A stretch of DNA of 64,000 nt from Clostridiaceae bacterium (GTDB lineage Bacteria; Bacillota; Clostridia; Acetivibrionales; DUMB01). Made by a program: the position numbers and the translations under genes. Shown here in pieces: positions 10,686-19,603 of the stretch (positions within the stretch are counted from its first letter, which is position 1; every line of letters starts with the position of its first letter). The stretch spans positions 19,209-83,208 of the forward strand of contig DUMB01000066.1 in assembly GCA_012840085.1 (NCBI GenBank). The letters run 5' to 3'. Below the pieces are notes generated by a model, which saw only the letters and a list, made by a program, of their open reading frames with translations, had not been told where the DNA came from and made no database searches.

Positions 10686-11138
10686 ATGAAGATAACTAAG
10701 ACATTGGGAAATACATCTTCCTTGACCGAGACACTTTATAAGGATGAAAAGCGGAGCACTGGCAGCTCTGAGTTGAGTTTCTGGAGCAACTTGAAGCGTG
10801 TTGAATCCAGAAACTATGAAGTACGTATTAAAGAGCTTGCAGACAGTATTGCAAGACAAGGAGAAAAATTAGGCAAAAATATAGATATAATGGAGCTAAT
10901 GGTGTATAAAAAGCTGATTTCTGAATTCCTTGGAGAAGTCGTAAGCGATTCTTACAGATTTTTCAAGAGGAGTTTTCTGGACAGAAGGGGCAGGCACAGA
11001 GTATACGCAATTATCAAAAAGATAAACGAAGAATTGGACTTGTTGACAAAGGAAGTTTTGAGTGAACAGAAGGACAACATAAGAATTCTGCAGAGGCTCG
11101 ATGACATAAGAGGGCTTATTATGGATATACTTATGTAA
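10686..11138 (+). CDS. YaaR-family protein (DUF327)
   Basis: It occupies the yaaR slot in the conserved darA-yaaR-holB order. Start moved to the ATG at 10686, which has an AAGGTGAG RBS. Confidence 0.6.
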   Translation: MKITKTLGNTSSLTETLYKDEKRSTGSSELSFWSNLKRVESRNYEVRIKELADSIARQGEKLGKNIDIMELMVYKKLISEFLGEVVSDSYRFFKRSFLDRRGRHRVYAIIKKINEELDLLTKEVLSEQKDNIRILQRLDDIRGLIMDILM

Positions 11139-11222
11139 TACGTATTATTTAAGTAATCAGTATTGCTTAATGTGATCAGTATAGTTGAAGGCAACCTCTT
11201 CTTATTTAAAGGAGCAGTAAAT

Positions 11223-12206
11223 ATGAATTTTGACGGTATAATCGGGCAGAAGGATATTCTGTTAAGTCTTAAAAAAAGTATTGAAAATGGGCGTGTTGGG
11301 CACGCCTATATTTTTAACGGACCGGCGGGCATAGGCAAGAAGACTGTTGCAAGGGCGTTTGCAGGAATAGTTCTGTGTGCAAACCGGGAAGGTTCCGCTG
11401 CTTGCGGCAAATGCATACCCTGCAGGCTTTATAAAGAAGGCTCTAATCCGGATTTTATGGACATTGAGGCCCAGGACACAAGTATCGGTGTTGATGCAAT
11501 AAGGCAAATGCAGGAAGATATTATTAAAAAGCCGCTATATTCGCCTAAAAAGGTATACCTGATATCTGAGGCGGAGAAAATGACGGTGCAGGCTCAGAAC
11601 GGCCTCCTGAAGACTCTGGAGGAGCCTCCGGGTTATGCTGTCATAATTCTTACCACATCAGGGTATGATGCCCTTCTTGAAACTTTGCGCTCCCGATCTG
11701 TCAGGTATGATTTCAGGCAATATTCAGAAGAAGAGGTCAGGGAGGCTTTAATAAGGGAATTTGGGACAATCCCTGAAAATGCAGACTTTATTGTGTCATA
11801 TTCCGGCGGCATTATCGGCAAGGCTCTTGAGCTTGCGGGCTCTGAGGAGTTTGCTGACTTAAGGGACAATACAGTGGATATTTTGTTTAAAATCAGAAAT
11901 CCCGGGCTTTATTCCATATTTGAGATTTACCGCTTTTTTGAGGAGAATAAAAGCAAGCTGGACACAATATTGGACATTATGCTTACAATATATAGAGATA
12001 TGCTTGTTTTAAGAAAAACAGGAAATGAATATATGTTGATTAATTCAGATAAAAAGGATATCATATTAAATAATATACAGGATTTTTCAGCTGGAAAGCT
12101 GCTAACTGATATAAATACCTTGGAGACTGCCAGGAAAAACATCAGGCAAAATGCAAATTTTCAGCTTTCAATAGAAGTTATGCTTATGAAGCTTCAGGAG
12201 GAGTAG
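11223..12206 (+). CDS. holB: DNA polymerase III delta-prime subunit
   Basis: AAA+ GPAGIGKKT P-loop and a Cys zinc module (CGKCIPCR). Start placed at the ATG with an AAAGGAG RBS. Confidence 0.85.
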   Translation: MNFDGIIGQKDILLSLKKSIENGRVGHAYIFNGPAGIGKKTVARAFAGIVLCANREGSAACGKCIPCRLYKEGSNPDFMDIEAQDTSIGVDAIRQMQEDIIKKPLYSPKKVYLISEAEKMTVQAQNGLLKTLEEPPGYAVIILTTSGYDALLETLRSRSVRYDFRQYSEEEVREALIREFGTIPENADFIVSYSGGIIGKALELAGSEEFADLRDNTVDILFKIRNPGLYSIFEIYRFFEENKSKLDTILDIMLTIYRDMLVLRKTGNEYMLINSDKKDIILNNIQDFSAGKLLTDINTLETARKNIRQNANFQLSIEVMLMKLQEE

Positions 12207-12210
12207 TAAG

Positions 12211-13080
12211 ATGGTAAATGTAGTAGGAGTCAGGTTCAAGAAAGCAGGCAAGGTATATTATTTTGATCCTGGCGACTTTAATATAGAACTAAATACTTAT
12301 GTAATTGTTGAAACTGCCAGGGGGATAGAGTTTGGACAAGTTGTTATACCAAACAGGCAAATTCCTGAGGAACAGATTGTAGCACCTTTAAAAAAGGTCA
12401 TACGAATAGCTACCGATGATGATAAAAAGCATTATGAGGAGAACGAAAAGAGAGAGAAGGAAGCTTTCGGTATTTGCCTGCAGAAGATAAAGGACCACAA
12501 TCTGGCTATGAAACTGATTGATGTGGAATACACTTTTGATAACAATAAAATACTTTTTTATTTCACTGCAGATGGCAGAATAGATTTCAGGGAACTTGTA
12601 AAGGATCTTGCATCGGTTTTCAAGACCAGAATAGAACTTAGACAAATCGGGGTAAGGGATGAATCGAAAATGATGGGAGGATTAGGAGTTTGTGGCAGAG
12701 TGCTTTGCTGCAAATCGTTTCTGGGTGAATTTCAGCCTGTTTCAATAAAAATGGCGAAGGAACAGGGCTTATCACTGAATCCCACTAAAATTTCCGGAAC
12801 CTGTGGCAGGCTTATGTGTTGTCTAAAATATGAACAGGAGGCCTATGAGGACTTATTGAAGAGAGCTCCGAATGTCGGTGCTCTGGTTGAAACGCCGGAA
12901 GGGCAGGGAGTAATTATGGAGGTAAGTCTTCTTAAGGAGAAAGTAAAAGTAAAACTGGATAAAGGCAATGAGACTGATCTCGCAGTTTATGATATGAGTG
13001 ATATAAAGATTATTAAGGATACAGACCGTGAAGATGATTCCGATGAGGATCTCGAGACATTAAAGGAACTGGAGGATTAA
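12211..13080 (+). CDS. ricT: PSP1-domain protein / RicT (YaaT)
   Basis: PSP1 C-terminal domain with CxxC pairs (CGRVLCC, CGRLMCC). It follows holB in the conserved order. Confidence 0.8.
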   Translation: MVNVVGVRFKKAGKVYYFDPGDFNIELNTYVIVETARGIEFGQVVIPNRQIPEEQIVAPLKKVIRIATDDDKKHYEENEKREKEAFGICLQKIKDHNLAMKLIDVEYTFDNNKILFYFTADGRIDFRELVKDLASVFKTRIELRQIGVRDESKMMGGLGVCGRVLCCKSFLGEFQPVSIKMAKEQGLSLNPTKISGTCGRLMCCLKYEQEAYEDLLKRAPNVGALVETPEGQGVIMEVSLLKEKVKVKLDKGNETDLAVYDMSDIKIIKDTDREDDSDEDLETLKELED

Positions 13081-13148
13081 GATTTAAAAAACAGTTCACA
13101 TTATTACACATTAGTGGTAAAATAATATGGTCAGCCATAATTAATTGA

Positions 13149-13373
<225 letters not shown>

Positions 13374-13629
13374 TATCTGAACGTTGTATAGCGCTAATTT
13401 CTAAACGTTGTATATGGTAAGACCATATTCGCGTAACTTCGCTACATAATTGTAAGCGAAGTTATGAACAATAATGAATAAGGGACTGTTCAGGAAAAAT
13501 CTTTAGCTGTATTCCTGTACAGCCCTTTATTGTTATCCGAGATTAAAAAAATTAGAGACATTGCTTAACGTAAATTGGGGACATTCCTTAACTTATAAGG
13601 AATACCTCCTGTTCCCCTTACATTAGTTT

Positions 13630-14403
13630 ATGGAGGGTATAAGGGACTTGGATGTTAGAATAAACAATGGTGAAAGAGTAGATGATCTGCAATGTAAAGG
13701 GCTGAAGCTGATCCAGAAGGAAGAAGGATTCTGCTTTGGCATAGATGCTGTTTTGCTTGCTAACTTTGCTGATATAAGAAAAAACGATAAAGTTATTGAT
13801 TTGGGGACCGGTACGGGTATTATTCCCATACTGCTCGCAGGTAAAACTCAAGCGGCCTCGCTGGTAGGGCTCGAAATTCAGGAGCAGATGGTAGAGATGG
13901 CACAAAGGAGCGTCTTGCTCAACGATTTGCAGGACAGAGTAAAAATTGTGTGCGGAGATATAAAGGATCCATTTAAATACTTTAAACCTGCCAGCTTTGA
14001 TGCAGTAGTGACCAACCCTCCATACATAAACAGGGGTGGAGGCATTGTCAATCCATTAGATACCAAGGCTATTTCGAGACATGAGATTTTTTGTTCCCTT
14101 GAGGATGTAATACGAACAAGCAGTAAACTGCTTGCGCCCTACGGAAGGTTTGCAATGGTTCATAAGCCTGAGCGGCTTGCTGATATCATATTTTTGATGA
14201 GAACATGGAAAATCGAGCCCAAATATTTGAGATTTGTCCACCCGTCACCTTACAAGAAGCCAAATCTGCTGCTTATAAGAGGAATAAAAAACGGAAATCC
14301 TGAATTAAAAATGATGGCTCCGCTCTATGTATATGATGAAAATGGAAATTATTCCGATGAGATAAACAGGATTTACGGCAGAGAGGTGAAAGAAAATGAA
14401 TAA
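13630..14403 (+). CDS. trmN6: tRNA1(Val) (adenine37-N6)-methyltransferase (YabB/TrmN6)
   Basis: SAM-methyltransferase fold with an NPPY motif (VTNPPYIN). The start is ambiguous between the ATG at 13630 and the TTG at 13648. Confidence 0.8.
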   Translation: MEGIRDLDVRINNGERVDDLQCKGLKLIQKEEGFCFGIDAVLLANFADIRKNDKVIDLGTGTGIIPILLAGKTQAASLVGLEIQEQMVEMAQRSVLLNDLQDRVKIVCGDIKDPFKYFKPASFDAVVTNPPYINRGGGIVNPLDTKAISRHEIFCSLEDVIRTSSKLLAPYGRFAMVHKPERLADIIFLMRTWKIEPKYLRFVHPSPYKKPNLLLIRGIKNGNPELKMMAPLYVYDENGNYSDEINRIYGREVKENE

Positions 14404-15244
14404 AACGGGTACATTGTTCCTTGTGGCGACTCCGATCGGAAATCTTGAGGACATTACTCTCAGAGCTCTGAAGGTGTTGAAAGAGGTGGACATTATTGCT
14501 GCTGAGGATACAAGGCAAACCTTAAAGCTGCTCAACCATTTTGACATAAAGGCATCCCTGACCAGTTATTATGAGCACAATAAGGTGGAAAAGGGGAATT
14601 ATATCATACAGTTGCTGCTTGAAGGAAAGAATGTGGCTGTTGTTTCTGATGCCGGCTCTCCGGGCATATCAGATCCAGGTGAAGATCTCGTAAAACTGGC
14701 TATAGAAAACGGCATAGATGTTACAATGATTCCCGGGCCTGTGGCTGCCATAACAGGACTTGTAATATCAGGATTGCCAACCGGCCGTTTTGTTTTCGAA
14801 GGTTTTCTCCCAATGAACAAAAGACAGAGGCGGGAACGTATTGAGGCACTGAAAGACGAGGTACGTACCATTATTCTGTATGAAGCACCTCACAAACTTA
14901 TATATACCTTGAACGACCTCTACAAAGTGATTGGAGACAGGAGAATAGTAATAGCAAGGGAATTAACCAAAAAGTTTGAGCAGGTTGTGAGATGCACTTT
15001 AAGTGAGGCAATTTCCTTATATACAAATGAAGCTCCAAAGGGCGAGTTCGTACTTATTTTAGAAGGTGCTGATAAAGAAGAGCTAATTGATGCCGAAAGA
15101 AAAAAATGGGACAACATCAGCCTCGAAGAGCATGTGGCCATATATATGGACCAGGGATATGATAAGAAAGAATCAATAAAGAGAGTGGCAGAAGACAGAG
15201 GAGTAAGCAAAAGGGACGTTTACAATAAGCTAATGTTAAAATAA
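14396..15244 (+). CDS. rsmI: 16S rRNA (cytidine1402-2'-O)-methyltransferase
   Basis: Tetrapyrrole-methylase fold (GTLFLVATPIGNLEDIT). It overlaps trmN6 by 8 nt. Confidence 0.9.
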   Translation: MNKTGTLFLVATPIGNLEDITLRALKVLKEVDIIAAEDTRQTLKLLNHFDIKASLTSYYEHNKVEKGNYIIQLLLEGKNVAVVSDAGSPGISDPGEDLVKLAIENGIDVTMIPGPVAAITGLVISGLPTGRFVFEGFLPMNKRQRRERIEALKDEVRTIILYEAPHKLIYTLNDLYKVIGDRRIVIARELTKKFEQVVRCTLSEAISLYTNEAPKGEFVLILEGADKEELIDAERKKWDNISLEEHVAIYMDQGYDKKESIKRVAEDRGVSKRDVYNKLMLK

Positions 15245-15278
15245 AAAGGGATTTGACATAGTCAAATCCCTTTGTTTT
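15244..15278. terminator. Bidirectional rho-independent terminator between the convergent rsmI and abrB
   Basis: aaaaaGGGATTTGACataGTCAAATCCCtttgtttt: a perfect 10-bp stem flanked by A- and T-runs. Confidence 0.8.
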
Positions 15279-15317
15279 AACATTCTAGCACAACTAACGA
15301 ATTACTATCGAATTACT

Positions 15318-15388
15318 TTTTCAGTTTATTTTTAGTTTAATTTTTTAGTTTAATTTTTTAGTTTATTTTTTAGTTTATTTTTTCAATT
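15318..15388. repeat. Tandem repeat, about 14-nt unit (TAGTTTAATTTTTT) x5
   Basis: Direct reading downstream of the abrB stop. Confidence 0.7.
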
Positions 15389-15614
15389 CTTTTAAGCAAT
15401 TCGGACAAATGTTCTTGTTTTTGTAAACTGTAACGTCTTTAGCATCTCCGCAGAAAATACATGCAGGTTCATACTTCTTGAGTATAATTGTATTTCCGTC
15501 AACGTAGATTTCCAGAGCGTCCTTTTCAGCGATATCAAGTGTCCTCCTGAGCTCTATAGGCAATACAACTCTGCCGAGCTCATCAACTTTTCTTACAATA
15601 CCAGTAGATTTCAT
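15375..15614 (-). CDS. abrB: AbrB/SpoVT-family transition-state regulator; AbrB N-domain fused to a C-terminal 4-Cys zinc ribbon
   Basis: MKSTGIVRKVDELGRVVLPIELRRTLDIAEKDALEIYVDG is near-identical to the AbrB swapped-hairpin DNA-binding domain. Start moved to the ATG at 15614, which has a GGAGG RBS. The C-terminus reads CIFCGDAKDVTVYKNKNICPNC. Confidence 0.85.
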   Translation of the reverse strand: MKSTGIVRKVDELGRVVLPIELRRTLDIAEKDALEIYVDGNTIILKKYEPACIFCGDAKDVTVYKNKNICPNCLKELKK

Positions 15615-15642
15615 ATTAACTTCCTCCCCAAAAATTACAGTA

Positions 15643-15649
15643 TTCGACA
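15643..15649 (-). promoter_or_regulatory. Spo0A box (TGTCGAA) in the abrB leader
   Basis: A perfect 0A-box consensus on the abrB strand about 20 nt upstream of the RBS. In B. subtilis Spo0A~P represses abrB through 0A boxes placed similarly downstream of its promoters. Confidence 0.5.
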
Positions 15650-16052
15650 AACTTCTCTTTTCTTATAGTACCATAAATTCCAGTAAACGTCAACAATAAT
15701 TTTTAAGAAATTCAAAAAAATGTTATGGTTAAAGTTTCTATATAGCCAGCTATACAGCAAGTTAAGCGGTTTTCAGGCTAAAGCATATTTGTCTGGTTTA
15801 AGCATATGCTCCGGGTTTAAACATATGCACGCAAAATAACTGAATAACTTTACATATATTATTACCACAAATAAGTAATTTAAAACATATGTAACAAATG
15901 TTAATTTATGGTTTAGAATAGTTGTGCAAGCTCAATCATATAAATTAATTAATGAAATCAGAACTATTGGATTAACTTGTTGTGCTGTCATTCCGGCAGC
16001 ATAAGTTCCTGGCTCAAGTACTAATAAAAATGCATCAGGAAGGAATATTATT

Positions 16053-16652
16053 ATGCTGAACTATATATGGTTTGGAATGATTGTTGTAGGTTTTGTGGTT
16101 GGTATAATGAACGGCAGAATAGATGAAGTTACAAAAGCCGTTATAGAGTCTTCCGGGAAGGCTATAGAAATCAGCATCGGACTTTTGGGGGTAATGTGCC
16201 TTTGGACTGGTCTGATGGGAATTGCTGAAAAAAGCGGTTTGGTAGAGTTGATTACAAAGCTTGCAAGGCCAATCCTGCGGTTTTTATTCCCGAAAATACC
16301 TGCAAAGCATCCCGCAATTGGTGCCATTGTTATGAATCTTGTGGCGAATTTCTTCGGTTTGGGCAATGCAGCAACTCCCCTTGGACTGAAAGCCATGAAT
16401 GAGCTGCAGAAACTAAATCCAAGAAAGGATACTGCCACAGATGAAATGAGTACATTTCTGGTGATGAATACTTCGGCCATTCAGCTGATACCGGCGACGG
16501 TGATATCCATACGCGCTGCACTGGGCTCAGCCAATCCTACAGAAATAGTCGGTACTGTGTGGGTGGCAACGGTAAGCTCAGCAATTGTGGGGATAATTGC
16601 CGTCAAAACTTTGGGAGCAATATTCAGGCGAGGTAAGCAATGGAAACTATAA
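16053..16652 (+). CDS. spmA: Spore maturation protein A (nucleoside-recognition domain membrane protein)
   Basis: Polytopic membrane protein with SpmA-like sequence (Gate/nucleoside-transporter domain). Confidence 0.75.
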   Translation: MLNYIWFGMIVVGFVVGIMNGRIDEVTKAVIESSGKAIEISIGLLGVMCLWTGLMGIAEKSGLVELITKLARPILRFLFPKIPAKHPAIGAIVMNLVANFFGLGNAATPLGLKAMNELQKLNPRKDTATDEMSTFLVMNTSAIQLIPATVISIRAALGSANPTEIVGTVWVATVSSAIVGIIAVKTLGAIFRRGKQWKL

Positions 16653-17176
16653 AAATTATATCATCATATGCACTGCCGGCTATTATTCTGATTATTCTCT
16701 GTATAGGGCTATACAAAGAGGTCAAAGTGTATGACATATTCGTGGAATCGGCTAAAGAAGGCATAACCACTGTAATAAAAATCATGCCGTCACTTGTGGG
16801 ACTGATGGTCGCCATAGGAGTATTCAGGGCATCCGGCGCTCTTGACCTTTTAATATTTGCCCTCAGGCCTGTTACCGATTTTCTCGGAATACCAAAAGAA
16901 GCCGTACCGCTGGCAATGATGAGGCCAATTTCGGGAAGCGCTTCTCTTGCGCTAATTTCTGATATAATGAAGGTGCATGGGCCTGATTCTTTTGTCGGCA
17001 GAGTGGTTTCAACCATGATGGGTTCAACTGAAACAACATTTTATACTCTTGCACTGTATTTCGGCGCAGCAGGAATAAAAAAGATAAGGTATGCGCTGGC
17101 AGCAGCTATGATAGCTGATTTTTCGAGTATCCTGGCTTCCGTCTGGATATGTACACTGGTTTTTGGCAGATCCTGA
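16640..17176 (+). CDS. spmB: Spore maturation protein B
   Basis: Overlaps spmA by 13 nt; membrane protein with SpmB-like sequence. Confidence 0.75.
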   Translation: METIKIISSYALPAIILIILCIGLYKEVKVYDIFVESAKEGITTVIKIMPSLVGLMVAIGVFRASGALDLLIFALRPVTDFLGIPKEAVPLAMMRPISGSASLALISDIMKVHGPDSFVGRVVSTMMGSTETTFYTLALYFGAAGIKKIRYALAAAMIADFSSILASVWICTLVFGRS

Positions 17177-17284
17177 TACTCACCGTGAATAAAGCCGTGG
17201 GCTTTAATCAAGTTTTATCAAAACTGAACTGCATACAATTTTATTAATAGACTTCCCTTGCATTGGACATAATAGCTTTATAAG

Positions 17285-18340
17285 ATGTGGCAGAAAAATA
17301 CTTTTGCCAAAATAAAAGTGTCAATGCAAGGTGAGGAAGTATTGAAAGCATTACTTGAAAAAGATAATAAAAAGCCGGGTGTTGTACTTGATTTTAAGAA
17401 TGTACCCTTTGTTGATAAGCTGGAAAACAGGTTGATGGATGCATTATCGGACAGCGAAGGCCCTATAAGAGAGATGTGTGCTCATATATTTAAGGCAGGA
17501 GGAAAGAGAATAAGGCCTCTGATTGTTTTATACAGCGGTATGGTATTTTCTGAACTGTCACAGAACTTGATGGACGCTGCTGTAGCAGCAGAACTGATAC
17601 ATATGGCTTCCCTGGTTCATGACGATATTGTGGACAACTCCTTATTAAGGCGGAACAGGCCATCTATAAATAAAATATGGGGCAATGAATATGCTGTTCT
17701 GTGCGGGGATTACCTTTTTGCCAGAGCTTTCGGGATACTTTCTGAAAAAAAGCTTATGAAAAGCATGAGTTTCATGGTTGAAGCCATTACAAATATGTGT
17801 CATGGGGAAATTCGCCAGGCCAGTGACAGGTTTAACTCCAATGTCAATGTTGAAAGCTACTATGTCCGTATTGCAAAGAAAACTGCTATTTTCCTGCAAA
17901 GCTGTGCCAAATCCGGTGCATGCATTGGCGGAGCCGGTGAAAAAGATATTGATATTATGGGGGAATATGGCCTGAATGTTGGTTACGCTTTTCAAATAAT
18001 AGATGATATACTGGATTTTTGCGGAGAAGTTGACGTGATGGGAAAAGAAAAATATGGAGATTTGAAGCAGGGCAACATTACACTGCCGGTTATACTGCTT
18101 ATGAATAAGGATGAATATAGGAATTGGCTGCTGGAAATCATTAATAGCCGCAGGCTCAATGACAATGATATTGATAAGATATGCAATGCCCTTAAGGAAA
18201 GCGGAGTACTGGACGAGTCCTCCGAAATTGCGGCAGGTCACATTAAAAAAGCCAGAAAATGTCTTGATATGCTGCCGAAATCCAATTATACAGACTTTTT
18301 ATATAGCCTTGCAGATATGCTGCAGTCAAGGATAAACTAA
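17285..18340 (+). CDS. trans-Polyprenyl diphosphate synthase (HepT/heptaprenyl- or octaprenyl-PP synthase-like)
   Basis: FARM motif LVHDDIVDNS and SARM motif FQIIDDILD. The start may be the internal Met (MQGEEV). Confidence 0.8.
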   Translation: MWQKNTFAKIKVSMQGEEVLKALLEKDNKKPGVVLDFKNVPFVDKLENRLMDALSDSEGPIREMCAHIFKAGGKRIRPLIVLYSGMVFSELSQNLMDAAVAAELIHMASLVHDDIVDNSLLRRNRPSINKIWGNEYAVLCGDYLFARAFGILSEKKLMKSMSFMVEAITNMCHGEIRQASDRFNSNVNVESYYVRIAKKTAIFLQSCAKSGACIGGAGEKDIDIMGEYGLNVGYAFQIIDDILDFCGEVDVMGKEKYGDLKQGNITLPVILLMNKDEYRNWLLEIINSRRLNDNDIDKICNALKESGVLDESSEIAAGHIKKARKCLDMLPKSNYTDFLYSLADMLQSRIN

Positions 18341-18349
18341 ACTTTTACT

Positions 18350-19414
18350 TTAGGCCAGTGTTTTAACTGCACGCAGCATTCTGCACATATGGTAATAAAG
18401 TGTTGTTTCTTTGCCGCCTCTTTTTATCAGGCTTTTGCTTACAAGTCTATTCATATTCGAGTAAGCTTTGGGATCTGACAAATACATTGCCAACAGGCCT
18501 TTTACCACTGTCAGGTGAAATTCTTTGTACTGAAGCTTGCTGCATGCATTAAGAGCATTTTCACTAAAAAATGCAAGCCTTTCCTCGCACTGTTTGAGAT
18601 TTTTATAATAGTTGGTAAAGTTCAAATCACCCATTTGTATATCTTCCTGGGAATCGATATAGTAATCCAATAGTATATGAAGCCCGCAAATCCAAGGGAA
18701 ATAAGCATGGTCGAGAGCGGCAACGTTCTCAGGCGTCAGGGATTCATCAAAAGCAGAGGCCAGCATCACAAACACACCAAGGGTAGAACCTGTGGCCGCA
18801 GCAAATTCCCACCAGTCTATATCGGGATATCTGTCCATATAGTAACTTGCCCAAACTTTAAGGCATTCTTCTCTGACTTTTAGAGAGAGGTGTTTGTATG
18901 TCTGCAGGTCCACATACAGATGAATATATTTTTTAATATATTCAATTACAAGGTTATAGGATGGGAGTCCTTTAACCTGTTCCCTGCATTCATTCACCAG
19001 TTGTTCCAAATAGCCGCCATCATCTTTATAAGGATAATAATAGTAATAATTATTTATATCCCTTAATGGGTCTACTGCATCAAGCATTGCCAGGTGAAGC
19101 TGCCTGAAAGCCGACTCATCTTTTACACCTGCTCTGTCGCAAAGATTATCAAGATAATCGCTGATGGTTTGAAAGGCAACTATAAACTTTACCATACGCT
19201 GTGCATCAACTTTAGGGTACAGAGCGTAAACACTTCCGCCCTGAGCATGGAATTTCTTTAAGCCTATACTTGCAAGAGCCTGTTTAACCAAAACATTATC
19301 CTTGCCTTTTGTTGCAATTTTGCTCCAATAGGCTAAACTTGCATCCACCTGGGGAAAGATTTTTTTTATATACTTTAGCACCAGCATTATACCGTAGCTA
19401 TAATTCTTGTCCAT
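18350..19414 (-). CDS. YtpB-like protein (DUF2600; tetraprenyl-beta-curcumene synthase family)
   Basis: The FIVAFQTISDYLDNLCDR and YFPWICGLHILLDYYIDSQEDIQMGDLNF blocks match the B. subtilis YtpB signature blocks as I recall them. Start moved to the ATG at 19414, which has a GGAGG RBS (MDKNYSYG...). Confidence 0.6.
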   Translation of the reverse strand: MDKNYSYGIMLVLKYIKKIFPQVDASLAYWSKIATKGKDNVLVKQALASIGLKKFHAQGGSVYALYPKVDAQRMVKFIVAFQTISDYLDNLCDRAGVKDESAFRQLHLAMLDAVDPLRDINNYYYYYPYKDDGGYLEQLVNECREQVKGLPSYNLVIEYIKKYIHLYVDLQTYKHLSLKVREECLKVWASYYMDRYPDIDWWEFAAATGSTLGVFVMLASAFDESLTPENVAALDHAYFPWICGLHILLDYYIDSQEDIQMGDLNFTNYYKNLKQCEERLAFFSENALNACSKLQYKEFHLTVVKGLLAMYLSDPKAYSNMNRLVSKSLIKRGGKETTLYYHMCRMLRAVKTLA

Positions 19415-19603
19415 TTTAAGGCCTCCAAAAAAACAGCTTCTTGAAAAAATTTTCTGTAATATGTATAGTATTATTAACATATTTATTGCAGGCAATAATA
19501 TTTTATGACTTAGAAAATCCTGCAAGTAGTGGATCGGAAAGCAGTAGTAAATAACCCCGGGTTACCGAACGTTAATACAATGGGTTAAAATAAGGAGGAA
19601 ATT

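Noticed and set aside
19415-19603. T-box leader upstream of metG
   Set aside because: The intergenic region is only about 190 nt, shared with the divergent ytpB-like promoter. It has no AGAGAG or T-box (AATTAGGGTGG-like) sequence and no terminator/antiterminator pair.
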